Positions 36,475 to 46,758 of a stretch of 64,000 nucleotides of DNA are shown here, in pieces. The position numbers and the translations under genes were made by a program. The notes below the pieces were generated by a model. It was not told the origin of the DNA, made no database searches, and saw only the letters and a list, made by a program, of their open reading frames with translations. The first letter of the stretch is position 1. Each line of letters opens with the position of its first letter. Origin of the DNA: a virus (lineage: Duplodnaviria > Caudoviricetes); IMG/VR virus record IMGVR_UViG_3300044961_000667; one strand, 5' to 3'.

Positions 36475-37410
36475 CTATGCGGCCTGTGCCCGCTTCAGCG
36501 TCTTGTTGATGAAGGCGGCCGCCATCTCGAAGTCTTCCATGCGTGCGAGGACCGCGTCGCACGCCATGCCGAGATCGGAAACCGACCCCTCGGACTTGCT
36601 CAGCTCGTCGAGCGCTTCGGACAGGTTCGCCGCTTCTTCGATGAAGTCCTCGGCGAAACGACGAACCGACTCGATCGTGGCCGCGCCCTCAGGAGTACGG
36701 AACTTCGACTCCTGGGTCGCGAACTTCGAGTAGGCGTCGCCCACCTGGGTGGCGATCTGCTCCATCCTCTCGCTCCGCGCACGGAGGCACGACTGGGCGA
36801 GCGGCGCGTACTCCGCCGACTCAGCCTTCGTGGCTCCACTGTACAGCGGGGCGAACTTGTTCGTCTGCTTCGGGAGACGGGCGCGGATGTCGGCCAGGTC
36901 GCTCTCGATGAACTGACGAATCTTCGAGCGGTTCTCCTTGAACATCTTCCGCCAGGGCCGCTCGCTGTTCTCCATCGTGGCGACGATGCGCTTCGCCTGC
37001 TCACGGGGAGAAACGGTGTCGAAGGACACCAGCTCCGCCATCTCGGAGAGCGCACGCATCGACGGCTTCTCGCCGCGCATCAGCGACTCGACGACGGCGT
37101 CGGCCTTCTGATCGATGAGCTTGCCCATGTTGGACTCATCGAAGATCTGCACTGGGTACGACTCGGCCTCGGACAGCGAGACCGCGCCGCTCGACTGCGT
37201 GTTCTCGAACTTGACGCGGAAGAACTTCCCTTCGTCCGTCCCGACCAGCGCGTACCCTGGGAACGTCGCGACCAGGTGCGGAGCGCCGACATTCTCTCCG
37301 AACAGCTTGGAGGTCTTCACCGCTTCGCGCACGCGGCTGATCGTCTGCTCAAGGCTCCCCCGAGTCATCTGCTCGGCGACACTCCTTGGGATCAGCTTTC
37401 GAGTCGACAT
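36475..37410 (-). CDS. Hypothetical head-module protein
   Basis: ATG 37410 with SD GGAG; helical; between portal and core genes. Confidence 0.6.
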   Translation of the reverse strand: MSTRKLIPRSVAEQMTRGSLEQTISRVREAVKTSKLFGENVGAPHLVATFPGYALVGTDEGKFFRVKFENTQSSGAVSLSEAESYPVQIFDESNMGKLIDQKADAVVESLMRGEKPSMRALSEMAELVSFDTVSPREQAKRIVATMENSERPWRKMFKENRSKIRQFIESDLADIRARLPKQTNKFAPLYSGATKAESAEYAPLAQSCLRARSERMEQIATQVGDAYSKFATQESKFRTPEGAATIESVRRFAEDFIEEAANLSEALDELSKSEGSVSDLGMACDAVLARMEDFEMAAAFINKTLKRAQAA

Positions 37411-37502
37411 TCGGTTTGTCTCCACCGTCTCACTCAACGGCGCGCGGCATCTTCGGGGCACCACTCCAACGTGTCAAGAAGCGCTCACGAAGGTATCAGG
37501 GG

Positions 37503-39167
37503 CTACCAGCGACGTGCAACAGCAGAACGAAGGTCGCCCATCAGGCCGTCCAGCTCACCCACTCGCTTCAAAATCTCGGTGTTCGTCCCGAGCAGCGCAT
37601 CGAAGTTGTCCTCGACGAACTTCTCGTGGTCTCGGTTGCCAGCCATCAGCTGACGAACGCGCTCACCCTCCGTCTGTTCTGCCGCCATCTCTTCCGGCGC
37701 AACGCCGAGAGCCGCAGCCTCTTGGGCCTTCTTCTGGCGCTCGAACACCTTCTGCTTCTCGATGATCTGAATCTCCTCGTCTGAGAAGCCCAGAACACGC
37801 GACAGAATCCAGTACTCGGAGACGTACGACTTGATCTTGTCCGCGAAGTCGAGCTTCGCGTTCTTCACCTCGACCTGCGCCAGCTCGAAGATGGCGCTCG
37901 GCACGGTCATCGCCACGTCGTACTCGATCTCCGCGGCATCGATGTTCACGGCGGCCAGGTGAACGCGGGCGATCTTCTTCAGACCGTTCCGAAGCTCACG
38001 CTGCACACGAAGGATCGTGCGGGCGAAGCGAACGTCCTCCTGCGAGAGCGTCCCCTTCGCCTTGCCGGTCTCCTCTTCGTAGCCCAGGTAGGTCTTCGGC
38101 ACTCCGAGCGCGCTGAAGAGCTTGGCGCGGAAGTAGTCGATGTCCTCCATGTGCTGCCAGGCTGGCCCCGTGATCGTGTCGATCTCGGCCGACTTCTTCC
38201 CGTCCCGCACCGGCACGAAGAAGTCCTCGTCGTACGCGAGCGGGTTCCACTTCAGGTTCAGCTTGCCGGTCTGGGGGTCGACGAACTTCTGCTTCTTGAG
38301 CTGGTTCTTGAAGCGATTGACGTGCGACATCGCTTCCTTCGCCGGCAGGTTTCCCACGTCGACGTAGAACGCGTATCGGCTCGGTGCACGCGACAGCCGG
38401 TAGATGAGCGCCGCGTCCTCCATCAGCATCAGTCGCTTCCAGATCCACCGCGCCGATTCGAGCGCACCGAAGCCGTAGATCGACCGACGGTGCTTGCCCC
38501 GCATGCGGAAGTGGGCGACCTCGAAGTCCTCGAACGGGATCGCCGTCATCGTCATGTACTCGGGCGAGTCGGGCGTCATCGACCCTCGCTCGTCGAGGAG
38601 CTTCTGGAAGTCCTCGGGCGTCATCGTGAACTGGGCTCGCAGGTCCTGCACGAAGCCCAGCAGCTCGCCCTTCATCCCCTCCATGCGGCGCACGGTGGGC
38701 GGCGGCATGAAGTTGAGAGCCTGCACTCCGCCTTCGGTGAGAATCAGCTCCTCGAAGTCGTTGCCGTACTTGCAGAGCGTGCGACAGATCTCCCAAACGT
38801 CTTCCTCAATGCGAAGCGTTCGGTCGAACAGATCGGTGAGACGCTCCTTCACGACGACGTCCTTCGACTCGACCCACACCGTCTTGTTCTTCACGGTGTC
38901 CGGCTGCGTCGAGTCGTCAGCGAAGATGTTGAGCGCCGCGGCGATCTCCGGGTACTCGTCCATCTCCTCGTAGTCGACGAACCTGGCCATCAGGTCGTAC
39001 TCGATCTTCATCCAGTCGCTGAGCGCGTCATACCCGAAGGTCGACAGCATGTTGTAGCTGTCGGGCGCGGCGAGCTTGGTGCCCTTCACGAGCGTGTCGC
39101 CACGCCCCTCCTTGTCTCGGGAGAGGATGGACCGAATCCGCTTGGCAACGTTCGAGGCGAAACCCAT
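37503..39167 (-). CDS. Portal protein, T4 gp20-like
   Basis: YEEMDEYPEIAAALNIFADD; LMEDAALIYRLSRAPSRYAFYVDVGNLP; EDFFVPVRDG; DIDYFRAKLFSALGVP. Confidence 0.96.
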   Translation of the reverse strand: MGFASNVAKRIRSILSRDKEGRGDTLVKGTKLAAPDSYNMLSTFGYDALSDWMKIEYDLMARFVDYEEMDEYPEIAAALNIFADDSTQPDTVKNKTVWVESKDVVVKERLTDLFDRTLRIEEDVWEICRTLCKYGNDFEELILTEGGVQALNFMPPPTVRRMEGMKGELLGFVQDLRAQFTMTPEDFQKLLDERGSMTPDSPEYMTMTAIPFEDFEVAHFRMRGKHRRSIYGFGALESARWIWKRLMLMEDAALIYRLSRAPSRYAFYVDVGNLPAKEAMSHVNRFKNQLKKQKFVDPQTGKLNLKWNPLAYDEDFFVPVRDGKKSAEIDTITGPAWQHMEDIDYFRAKLFSALGVPKTYLGYEEETGKAKGTLSQEDVRFARTILRVQRELRNGLKKIARVHLAAVNIDAAEIEYDVAMTVPSAIFELAQVEVKNAKLDFADKIKSYVSEYWILSRVLGFSDEEIQIIEKQKVFERQKKAQEAAALGVAPEEMAAEQTEGERVRQLMAGNRDHEKFVEDNFDALLGTNTEILKRVGELDGLMGDLRSAVARRW

Positions 39168-39174
39168 GAGACCT

Positions 39175-39417
39175 CTACCCGCGGAGCTTGGTCAGCGAGA
39201 CGACCGTTCCGCTCTGACGCCGCCTGGTCGCTCGCATGAAGGTGTCGAAATCCATCTCTCTGTGCTCGTCACCTTCTGCGGGCGGCAGAGGCCACATTTC
39301 CGGCTGAGAAACCCGCGCCGGGAGAGGCAACGTCCCCTCCAGCTCATCGTCCTCGTCGGTATAGCCGAGCCTGTCAAGAACCGAAGGGTCGCAAATCACT
39401 CCGCCGCCGCCTCTCAT
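39175..39417 (-). CDS. Hypothetical protein
   Basis: ATG 39417 overlapping upstream stop (ATGA); about 80 aa. Confidence 0.4.
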   Translation of the reverse strand: MRGGGGVICDPSVLDRLGYTDEDDELEGTLPLPARVSQPEMWPLPPAEGDEHREMDFDTFMRATRRRQSGTVVSLTKLRG

Positions 39418-39659
39418 ACGGGCTCCTCCGCCGACACGTCGAGACGCTGCGTTGCAACACTCTGGGGAACCACATCCTCCGGTTCCCGACGACACACCAG
39501 GTTCCCGTCTTCGTCCTTCTCCATGCCGGCTGGGCACGGCGTGACGCCCCACCACACGCCACCATGGCCAACGCTCATGCGATCGGGCGCAGCCTCGACC
39601 ACACGTTCGCTCGAAGACAGCAAGTCTCTGAGGGCCACCCACTGCGTCATGCCGAGCAC
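39414..39659 (-). CDS. Hypothetical protein
   Basis: 81 aa between terminase and portal. Confidence 0.4.
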   Translation of the reverse strand: MLGMTQWVALRDLLSSSERVVEAAPDRMSVGHGGVWWGVTPCPAGMEKDEDGNLVCRREPEDVVPQSVATQRLDVSAEEPV

Positions 39660-39697
39660 TCTACCTGACGGCCCCGCCCATCTCTACAGATGCCTGG

Positions 39698-42600
39698 TCA
39701 GCCTTTGACAGGAAGCAGCGGAGCCCAGTTGTCCTTCGCGCCTGGCTCTTCCTTCGGCCGCATGGTCTCGCCCTTCTCGTTCCTCGGGAGAACCCAGTCG
39801 ATGTCCTCGACAGTGGCGTCTCGGTACTCGCTGATGCCAGGGGAGGCAACCAGCGGCTGGGGCGCCAGCCTGGTGGTCAACGACATCGTCACACCGGCGA
39901 GTCCGTCGGCAACGTCTTTCGACCCATCCTGGGGGTGATCGACCTTCTTGCGCTTCGGGTTCCACTCCAGTTGCCGCAACTCCTTCTCCAAGTGCGGGAA
40001 CGGCAAACAGTCGAACCGCTCCTCGTTGATCGCGTTCTTCAGCAGATCGTACGCGTCCGACGAGGAGTCGACCGACAACACCTCCGCCTTGTACCCCTTC
40101 GAGTTCAGGTTCTGCCTCATGTCGGCGCTGTTGTGCGACATGAAACCGTTGGCCAGATAGGACGGATCGTCCTCTACCTCCAAGTCGAAAACATCAGCTT
40201 CACCATCAGCCTCAACGCTCACCACCCTCGCGAAGATTCTTCGTCCGACAACACCAACATGCTTCTCAAGCTCAACCTGCTTGCGGGAGTACGAGAACCC
40301 AATCCTCTCCAGGAACTTCCGCCTGGCGCCACGTACTCCCACCACATACTGGACACCATCCTTGACGTAATCGCCTGGGTGTCCTCGCTCCATGATCACC
40401 AGTTTCGACTCGATGCCAAAGTCACATCGCAGCATCAACCTCACCTGGTCGGCCAGATCCCGATGCTTCGTCGACAACGAAACGTAGCCGTCCAATCGCC
40501 CAACATTTCCGTCGGTCGCGAACAGGCCCCTCAGGAATGACGCCTTCACGGCACGACTACCCCTGAGCACGGCCTCCGGAACAAGAGGTTTTCGCAGGCC
40601 ATTCTGCTCCATCCATCTCACCAGCCACCGAGCACTCACGGACACAGTCCCGAACCCAGCCCCGTCTACACCGCGATACTCTGGCGCCACACCAAACAGC
40701 CTCATGAATACAGCCTGGGCATCGACAGCCTCGTCGTCGGTGACGGTTAGCCTGACGGAGTCTTCGCCGATATTTCCGTCGCCCCAAACGAGACCAAGCC
40801 ATTCGGCCAGGGCCGGTCCCATCCGAACCGGAAGCGACCACTCCGAGAGCACACCTGCGCGAGCAGGACTCCAGCCGAGGTCTCGCTTGTCACCGACCAG
40901 CTCAACATCGGGCGCGTCCATCTCGACAGGCGACGACGCCATCCGCACCACGTCGCCTGCGCGAATCTCGTCCAGCCTACGCCACTCCCAGATTGGTTCG
41001 CGAGTCCAACCAAATTCGGATTCGCTCTCAGGCCCCCATCCAACTTGCACCTCAATCCGGTGTCGCCCGGTGCCGACCAAGCTGTCTCCGTCGGCCGTCG
41101 ACAATTTCAGTACCGGCTGTCGACCAAAGGCCCAAACATTCTTCACTGGTTTTGGCCCTGCGCGCGACTGAACTATGTCGCCAATCAGGACTTCCTCGAT
41201 CGGCAACAAGCCGCGGCTTGTGCTCACTCTCGTTCCAGCAGCCAAGCACTGGTACGTGTCCATCGTCACCAGCCCGATGTGGAAACCGTGCTCGGTCAGC
41301 TCGTAGATGAGGCGCCGCACTTCGGCCATCGGGATCTCCCCCCGGTCCGGCGGAACGATGCGCAGCGCCAAGTCGATCACGATGAACGGAACCATCTCCT
41401 TCGACTTCTTGCCGCTCGACCAGTTCGTCCTCACCACCTCGACCATCTTGGCGACGTGCCCCATCGCGAAGCCGTACGAGTCGTCAGAAAGCGCAGGGTC
41501 GAGATGGATGTGTCGCTGCGCGTCGGGATTGAACCGCGGCTTGTAGCTCAACAACGTCTTCCCGTTGACCGACCGACGCTGACGCTCCACGCACAACGCC
41601 GACCAATCGAGGGCCAGCGGCGTGGTGGGATCCCACTCCAAGCCTCCCGGCCGCGGCATGGGGCGCTTCGACGACAGCGCCTTGATGATCTTCTCCTTGT
41701 TCCTGATGTACGGCCGAATCGAGTCGGTCGCGATGCCGGCGATCTCGCGAAGCGAGCCGTCCAGGTCCTCCTCGAAGTCTGAACGAAAGTCGATCGGCAC
41801 CTCGATGATGCGTTGCTTGCCTTGAGCGACGGTGTCGGGCACCGGCTCCGAATCAGCAAGCACTCGGCTCGACACGTCGTCGGTCCCGATGACGACACGG
41901 AACTTCTGATCGCTGTACTTCTTGACGTCCCACAGCGCGTACTCGCGAACGAAGATGCGCGGGTTGTCGGCCGACTCTCGGATCTTGCGCTCGGTGAAGT
42001 CGGTCGTGCCCTTCTTCGACGAGATCGTCATCAACATGCCTGGCATCTGGCCACCACGCAGGAAGCGGGACTTCATGCGGCGCAAGATGCTGGAGTACAG
42101 CTGCGAGCCCTTGTCGATGTGCCCCCACCGCGCGTGCGACGCCTTCTGCTCGCGGGTGAACGACATGAAGTTCGTCTCGTCGATGGCTGCACCAAAGACG
42201 TTTCGACCGATGACGCTGTTGTCGGCGGACGACGCCGGCACCGCCCAGATGTTCTTCGGAAAGCGAAGCGCCTCCATCGAGCGGTGACACTTGAACTTCT
42301 CGTTGAAGTACGGGCTCACGATCAGCTTCTGCGCGAGGCCCTCCAACAGCGTCGCCATCGCCGTCTTTTCGTTGACGCTGATGCCGGCGAACACGATCTC
42401 AGAACCAGAAGCCAACCCGTACGAACGCTGCGGGTTCCTCAGGCAGCTCATCTCGTAGATCTGCCGAGCGATGACGATCTCGGCGAAGGTCGACTTGCCC
42501 CAGCCGATGGCGCCGCCGAGGACGACCTCGTGGTACGAGCCAGTGAACAGCTCGACGACGTCCTCCTTCAGCTTGGGCCACAGGCCCTTCGCGACTTCCC

Positions 42601-42841
42601 CGAAGTAGTAGTCGTCGTCGAGCCAGGTGCGGACGTCAACAACCTCGCGCTCGTACTCCGCTTCAGAGGCCAGCTTCAGGAGCGTCTTCACCCCATCCTG
42701 GGTTTCCTGCGCCTCGCGAAGAATGGTCTCGACAAAGACCTTCTCCTCCGGAGTCAGATCCTTGTAGTCGCTTTCGAGGAGCTTGATGTCCTCCTGCGGC
42801 GTACGAACGCTGATCTGTCTGCCACCGATGTCGACGATCAT
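39698..42841 (-). CDS. terL: Terminase large subunit, intein-containing
   Basis: Walker A GGAIGWGKS, Walker B AAIDETNF, nuclease HIHLDPALSDD and KDVADGLAG; about 674 aa after splicing. Confidence 0.95.
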   Translation of the reverse strand: MIVDIGGRQISVRTPQEDIKLLESDYKDLTPEEKVFVETILREAQETQDGVKTLLKLASEAEYEREVVDVRTWLDDDYYFGEVAKGLWPKLKEDVVELFTGSYHEVVLGGAIGWGKSTFAEIVIARQIYEMSCLRNPQRSYGLASGSEIVFAGISVNEKTAMATLLEGLAQKLIVSPYFNEKFKCHRSMEALRFPKNIWAVPASSADNSVIGRNVFGAAIDETNFMSFTREQKASHARWGHIDKGSQLYSSILRRMKSRFLRGGQMPGMLMTISSKKGTTDFTERKIRESADNPRIFVREYALWDVKKYSDQKFRVVIGTDDVSSRVLADSEPVPDTVAQGKQRIIEVPIDFRSDFEEDLDGSLREIAGIATDSIRPYIRNKEKIIKALSSKRPMPRPGGLEWDPTTPLALDWSALCVERQRRSVNGKTLLSYKPRFNPDAQRHIHLDPALSDDSYGFAMGHVAKMVEVVRTNWSSGKKSKEMVPFIVIDLALRIVPPDRGEIPMAEVRRLIYELTEHGFHIGLVTMDTYQCLAAGTRVSTSRGLLPIEEVLIGDIVQSRAGPKPVKNVWAFGRQPVLKLSTADGDSLVGTGRHRIEVQVGWGPESESEFGWTREPIWEWRRLDEIRAGDVVRMASSPVEMDAPDVELVGDKRDLGWSPARAGVLSEWSLPVRMGPALAEWLGLVWGDGNIGEDSVRLTVTDDEAVDAQAVFMRLFGVAPEYRGVDGAGFGTVSVSARWLVRWMEQNGLRKPLVPEAVLRGSRAVKASFLRGLFATDGNVGRLDGYVSLSTKHRDLADQVRLMLRCDFGIESKLVIMERGHPGDYVKDGVQYVVGVRGARRKFLERIGFSYSRKQVELEKHVGVVGRRIFARVVSVEADGEADVFDLEVEDDPSYLANGFMSHNSADMRQNLNSKGYKAEVLSVDSSSDAYDLLKNAINEERFDCLPFPHLEKELRQLEWNPKRKKVDHPQDGSKDVADGLAGVTMSLTTRLAPQPLVASPGISEYRDATVEDIDWVLPRNEKGETMRPKEEPGAKDNWAPLLPVKG
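40130..41248 (-). mobile_element. 373-aa intein with LAGLIDADG homing endonuclease
   Basis: N-splice DTYQ/CLAAGTRV, C-splice FMSHN/SAD; WLGLVWGDG and FLRGLFATDG endonuclease motifs. Confidence 0.95.
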
Positions 42842-42844
42842 CGG

Positions 42845-43564
42845 CTACTCCTCGCTCGACTCGTCACCGCCAGCCGCAGGCTCGACCTGCGGATCGTCGA
42901 TGGGCTTCGACTCCGCGTCCACGACCTCTTCCGCAGCCGTCTTGCTGATCCTCATCAGCCGCTCCGCGAAGTTCAGCGCCTTCCGCCGTGAAGCCGGATC
43001 GTTGATGACCTTCGACACCTCCTCGCGGCCGTACCTCGCGCTCAGGTCCGCCGTGAGATGGGTGTCGACGTCGAGCTGACCGATGTGGCGCTTGTCGATA
43101 CCCAGGTCCATCTTCAGCTCGGCGCGGTTCTTCAGAATCCGCATCGCGATGTACATTTCGGCGCCGGTCCCCTTGAAGAGCTTGTTCAGCTTCTTCTCGG
43201 TCGCCATGTCGATCTCGATGCGCTCACACTGCCACTTGTAGAGCTTCTCCAGCTCCGCAAGCTCATCGAGGCCGCTCTCGATCTTGCTCACGGCCTTGTG
43301 CAGCACCTCGGGCATCCGCACCGAAACCAGCTGCCCTGGCGGCAACGACTCGCGGTACGACCCGAGCATCGCCACCATGCGGTCGCGCGTGATGTCGGTG
43401 TACTCCTTGGCGTCCTCCTGGATGTACTTGGCGACAGCAGCGAGGGCCCACCCCGCGAGGATGCGCTTGTGCACCTCCTCGAAGCAGTTCAACCCACGGA
43501 GTCGGACGAACCGCGTGGGGCGGGCGGTCGGTCTGGTGACTGGGCGAAGCCTCTCGGTAGTCAT
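42845..43564 (-). CDS. Probable terminase small subunit
   Basis: Helical basic protein with N-terminal HTH-like segment directly upstream of terL. Confidence 0.6.
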   Translation of the reverse strand: MTTERLRPVTRPTARPTRFVRLRGLNCFEEVHKRILAGWALAAVAKYIQEDAKEYTDITRDRMVAMLGSYRESLPPGQLVSVRMPEVLHKAVSKIESGLDELAELEKLYKWQCERIEIDMATEKKLNKLFKGTGAEMYIAMRILKNRAELKMDLGIDKRHIGQLDVDTHLTADLSARYGREEVSKVINDPASRRKALNFAERLMRISKTAAEEVVDAESKPIDDPQVEPAAGGDESSEE

Positions 43565-43576
43565 CGACAGCTCTCT

Positions 43577-43594
43577 CGCGCAATCGATTGCGCG
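43577..43594 (-). promoter_or_regulatory. Palindrome CGCGCAATCGATTGCGCG copy 5
   Basis: 18-bp perfect palindrome upstream of terS start 43564. Confidence 0.7.
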
Positions 43595-43610
43595 TCCTCA
43601 TCAGCCGGAA

Positions 43611-44021
43611 CTACTTCTCGGACAGCCCGAGTTCCTTCAGCGCCTGTTCGAGCGTACCACCGTCCAGCAGCGCAGCCATTCTGGTGGCATCGCCGACCGT
43701 CGGTTCTGCTCCCGGCTTCCTGGGCTTCCAGAACAGCCTGTCGCCGATCTGCACCAGCTCCTGGTGGTGCGTCTTCACGAAGCGCAGGAGGCCGCAGTCG
43801 CACAGCTTGACCTGCTTGTCTGCGTCACCGCCCTTGCCCAGGACCGTGAACGCACCCTTGCCGAAGCACCGTCGACAGCCCTTCTTCGCGGAAAGGGCTA
43901 CCTCCGCCGGCTTGACTGGCTCCAGATCGTTCAGCCCGACTCCCAGGGAGTCTCGGACCTGCTGGTCGAGCTTCTTGTAGGGCTCGGGCACTTCAGGCGC
44001 AGCCTGCTCGGGGGTGTTCAC
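43611..44021 (-). CDS. Zn-ribbon hypothetical protein
   Basis: GTG 44021 overlaps ParB stop (GTGA); CRRCFGKG and CDC motifs. Confidence 0.55.
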   Translation of the reverse strand: MNTPEQAAPEVPEPYKKLDQQVRDSLGVGLNDLEPVKPAEVALSAKKGCRRCFGKGAFTVLGKGGDADKQVKLCDCGLLRFVKTHHQELVQIGDRLFWKPRKPGAEPTVGDATRMAALLDGGTLEQALKELGLSEK

Positions 44022-44848
44022 GCCGCCGCCTCCGGGGCCGGCTTCTCTTCCGCGGCAGCCGCCACCGGCTCCTTCGGCAGATCCTCGACGTCCTTCTCCC
44101 AGTCCTTGAGCACGCGGTGCAGGAACTGGTTGATGTCGACCTTCGCCTTCATCGAGCGATCGGCGATCGCCTTCGCCTGCTTGAACGTCTCGGCGTCGCA
44201 CGCGATGTAGAGGTGCTCCTTCGAGCCGTACGTGAACACCATGAAGTTCTGCGTGATGGTGTCGCCGTACTCGTTGAAGAGGTGGTTCAGCACCGCCGAC
44301 AGATCGTCGATGGTCTTCACCTCCTTCTTCATCTCGTCGAACTTCTCCAGCATGTCGCCCGACAGCCCCGTGCTCTCCAGGGCCTCGCGGACTCCGCCGA
44401 CGAGCTTCTTGAAAGCCGCCTCGTCGGTGAAGCCCATCAGGTTCTGCATGGCGTCTTCGCCGTACCGCTGAGCCAGCTCGTTGTAGAGGCCGACCATCCT
44501 CTCGGGATCGAGCTTGCCCTTGATGACGTTGAGGCGGACGGTGACGAACTTCTGAAGGTCCACGTCCTTCCACTTCGTCTCCGACAGGACGGCCACCGGC
44601 ACCTCGGCGATGCCGAGCGACTTCGCTGCTCGCCACCGGTGCTCACCACCGATGATCCTGAGCTTCCCGTTCTCCATCGGGATCGCCTGGATCTGGTCGA
44701 TGAACCCGACGTTCGAGATCTCCTCCGCGAGCCGATTGAACTCGCGGTCGCTCATCTGGTTCGGGTTCCAGGGGTTCGGTTCCAGCTCGTCGACCGGCAC
44801 GAGCTTCGACACGTACACCTGGGGGATGTGGCTGTTCGTCTCGCTCAT
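44018..44848 (-). CDS. ParB/sulfiredoxin-like N-terminal domain protein
   Basis: VPVDELEPNPWNPN...GFIDQIQ...IIGGEHRWRAA...NVIKGKLD. Confidence 0.92.
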   Translation of the reverse strand: MSETNSHIPQVYVSKLVPVDELEPNPWNPNQMSDREFNRLAEEISNVGFIDQIQAIPMENGKLRIIGGEHRWRAAKSLGIAEVPVAVLSETKWKDVDLQKFVTVRLNVIKGKLDPERMVGLYNELAQRYGEDAMQNLMGFTDEAAFKKLVGGVREALESTGLSGDMLEKFDEMKKEVKTIDDLSAVLNHLFNEYGDTITQNFMVFTYGSKEHLYIACDAETFKQAKAIADRSMKAKVDINQFLHRVLKDWEKDVEDLPKEPVAAAAEEKPAPEAAA

Positions 44849-44858
44849 CGTTCCTCCG

Positions 44859-46013
44859 TCAGCTGGTTGCGTACTTGCGAATCACTTCGCAGACCTGATC
44901 GGCCTGGCTCTCCAGCATGTGAGGCGACGAGGGGAGCAACACGCCCTTGCGAGCGATCTCCTCGGACACGGAGAACTTCCCGGCCTGCCACTGGTTCCGG
45001 TAGATCGGCAGGCTGGCCATCGGCTCGAAGAACGGGCGCACTTCGATCTTCTTCTCCGACAGCTCCGCGAGGAACTTCGGACGATCGATGGGCCGCTCGA
45101 ACAGCAGCGCGTTGAGCCAGTACACCGGCTTGTTGCCCGCGATGGGCTTCTGCACGGTCACCAGCTTCCGGTTCACGAGATCGGCGAGGCGCACTGCGTA
45201 CCAGTCTGCCACCTGGCGCTTCCTCTTGACCACCTCGGGCAGGATGTCGACCTGCGCAGAGCCGATCGCGCCCATGACGTTGCCCATGTTGTACTGCCAG
45301 GCGATCTCGTCGTGGTAGTAGCGCCGCTTGTCGTCGGGGCGACCGAGGTCTCCGAGCTTCTTGATGCGGTGGTACACCTCGGGGTCGTTGGTCAGCGTCA
45401 TCCCGCCTTCGCCGACGCCGATCATCTTGTCGCCGCGGAAGCTGAAGCTGGATGCGTCGCCGACCGCGCCAACCATCACGCTGTCCATGTCGGTGGCGGA
45501 AGTCGCGTTGGACCGCAGAACGCCGATGCTGGCTCCGTGGGCCTCGGCACAGTCCTCGATGAGGATCACGCCCGTCTGGTCGCACATCTTCCTGAGCTTC
45601 ATCGTGTCGCGAGCCGGGTGCCCGTAGATGTGCACGAGAACGATGGCCGTGACGCCTCCGGCCTCGATCTCCTTCTTGGCCGCCTCGAAGTCCATGCCGA
45701 AAGTCTCTCGCTCCACCTCCACGAGCGTCACGCGAGCGCCGGCGTGCACCACCGCGTTCGGCGTGGCCACGCACGTGTAGTTCGGCACGAGCACGCGACC
45801 GCCAGTGACGCCGCAGCCGGCGAGGGCCAAGGTGATGGCGGTCGTCCCGTTGCAGTTCGCGAACCCATGCTTCACGCCGAGCAGCTCGCAGAACTTCCGC
45901 TCGAACTCGTCGACAAAGCGACCACGAGTGAGCCAGTTCTCCTCGAAGCACTTGGCCACGTTGGCCATCTCGTTGCCGCTCAGAAACGAATCAGTCAATC
46001 GCACGACGGACAT
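44859..46013 (-). CDS. DegT/DnrJ/EryC1/StrS PLP sugar aminotransferase (perosamine synthase-like)
   Basis: NGTTAITLAL; LVHIYGHP; LIEDCAEAHG; FSFRGDKMIGVGEGGM with PLP lysine; LLPSSP. Confidence 0.95.
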   Translation of the reverse strand: MSVVRLTDSFLSGNEMANVAKCFEENWLTRGRFVDEFERKFCELLGVKHGFANCNGTTAITLALAGCGVTGGRVLVPNYTCVATPNAVVHAGARVTLVEVERETFGMDFEAAKKEIEAGGVTAIVLVHIYGHPARDTMKLRKMCDQTGVILIEDCAEAHGASIGVLRSNATSATDMDSVMVGAVGDASSFSFRGDKMIGVGEGGMTLTNDPEVYHRIKKLGDLGRPDDKRRYYHDEIAWQYNMGNVMGAIGSAQVDILPEVVKRKRQVADWYAVRLADLVNRKLVTVQKPIAGNKPVYWLNALLFERPIDRPKFLAELSEKKIEVRPFFEPMASLPIYRNQWQAGKFSVSEEIARKGVLLPSSPHMLESQADQVCEVIRKYATS

Positions 46014-46026
46014 CTCTACCTCCTGG

Positions 46027-46758
46027 TCAGTTCAGCTTCCGGAAAGCGAAGACCCGATAGCGCGGCTTCAGGAACCACAGCAGCTTCTCCCCCAGCCGGG
46101 TCAGCCAGTAGGAGACAGCGTTCTTCCCCAGCAGGCGGAAGATCGCTCCGTCGACTCGATTGACGACCTCGACTGCATCGAGATCGAAGCCAACCTGGAA
46201 GAAGTTGAACTTCATCTTCGACTCGGTCTCGATGTCCTTGTAGCCGAGCCCCTTCTGGAAGGCCGGCACCAGCGGAGGCGCCCACTCCAGCACCATCGCC
46301 ACCGTCCCCGGCTTGCACTTGGCCAGGTAGCCGAACAACGCCTCGCGGTCGTCGTGCGGCATGAAGTTGTAGACGGTGAGCAGCGTGACGACGTCGGCGA
46401 TCCCGATGTGCGTCTCCACGGCAGCGGACGGCACGGTCCCGGCCTCGAAGAACAGCCGCATGTTGGCGCTCTTCGTTGCCCGCTCGACGAACTCAGCGCG
46501 ATCGAGTCCGACGGTCTTCGTGTTCGCCCCGCCCAGCTCAGACAACAGCTTGGTGAAGGTTCCCACGCCGCAGCCGATGTCGACCACCATCGACGCGCCC
46601 TGGAAATACGACTTGAGCCGGCGCAACGCGGCGCTTCGCACCTCGAACGAGTACCCGTCCTGCCACCTGTTCAGGAAGTGACAGGGGTCTCCGCCCTCGG
46701 CGTTCCGCTTCTCCCAGAACGCATCGATCTCACTCTTTGTCCACATCCTGGTCAGCAT
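46027..46758 (-). CDS. Class I SAM-dependent methyltransferase
   Basis: VVDIGCGVG motif I, VGLD motif II. Confidence 0.9.
   Translation of the reverse strand: MLTRMWTKSEIDAFWEKRNAEGGDPCHFLNRWQDGYSFEVRSAALRRLKSYFQGASMVVDIGCGVGTFTKLLSELGGANTKTVGLDRAEFVERATKSANMRLFFEAGTVPSAAVETHIGIADVVTLLTVYNFMPHDDREALFGYLAKCKPGTVAMVLEWAPPLVPAFQKGLGYKDIETESKMKFNFFQVGFDLDAVEVVNRVDGAIFRLLGKNAVSYWLTRLGEKLLWFLKPRYRVFAFRKLN

Noticed and set aside
37449-37477. TTGACA-N17-GAAGAT upstream of 36475..37410
   Set aside because: Perfect -35 but poor -10; not enough to call a promoter
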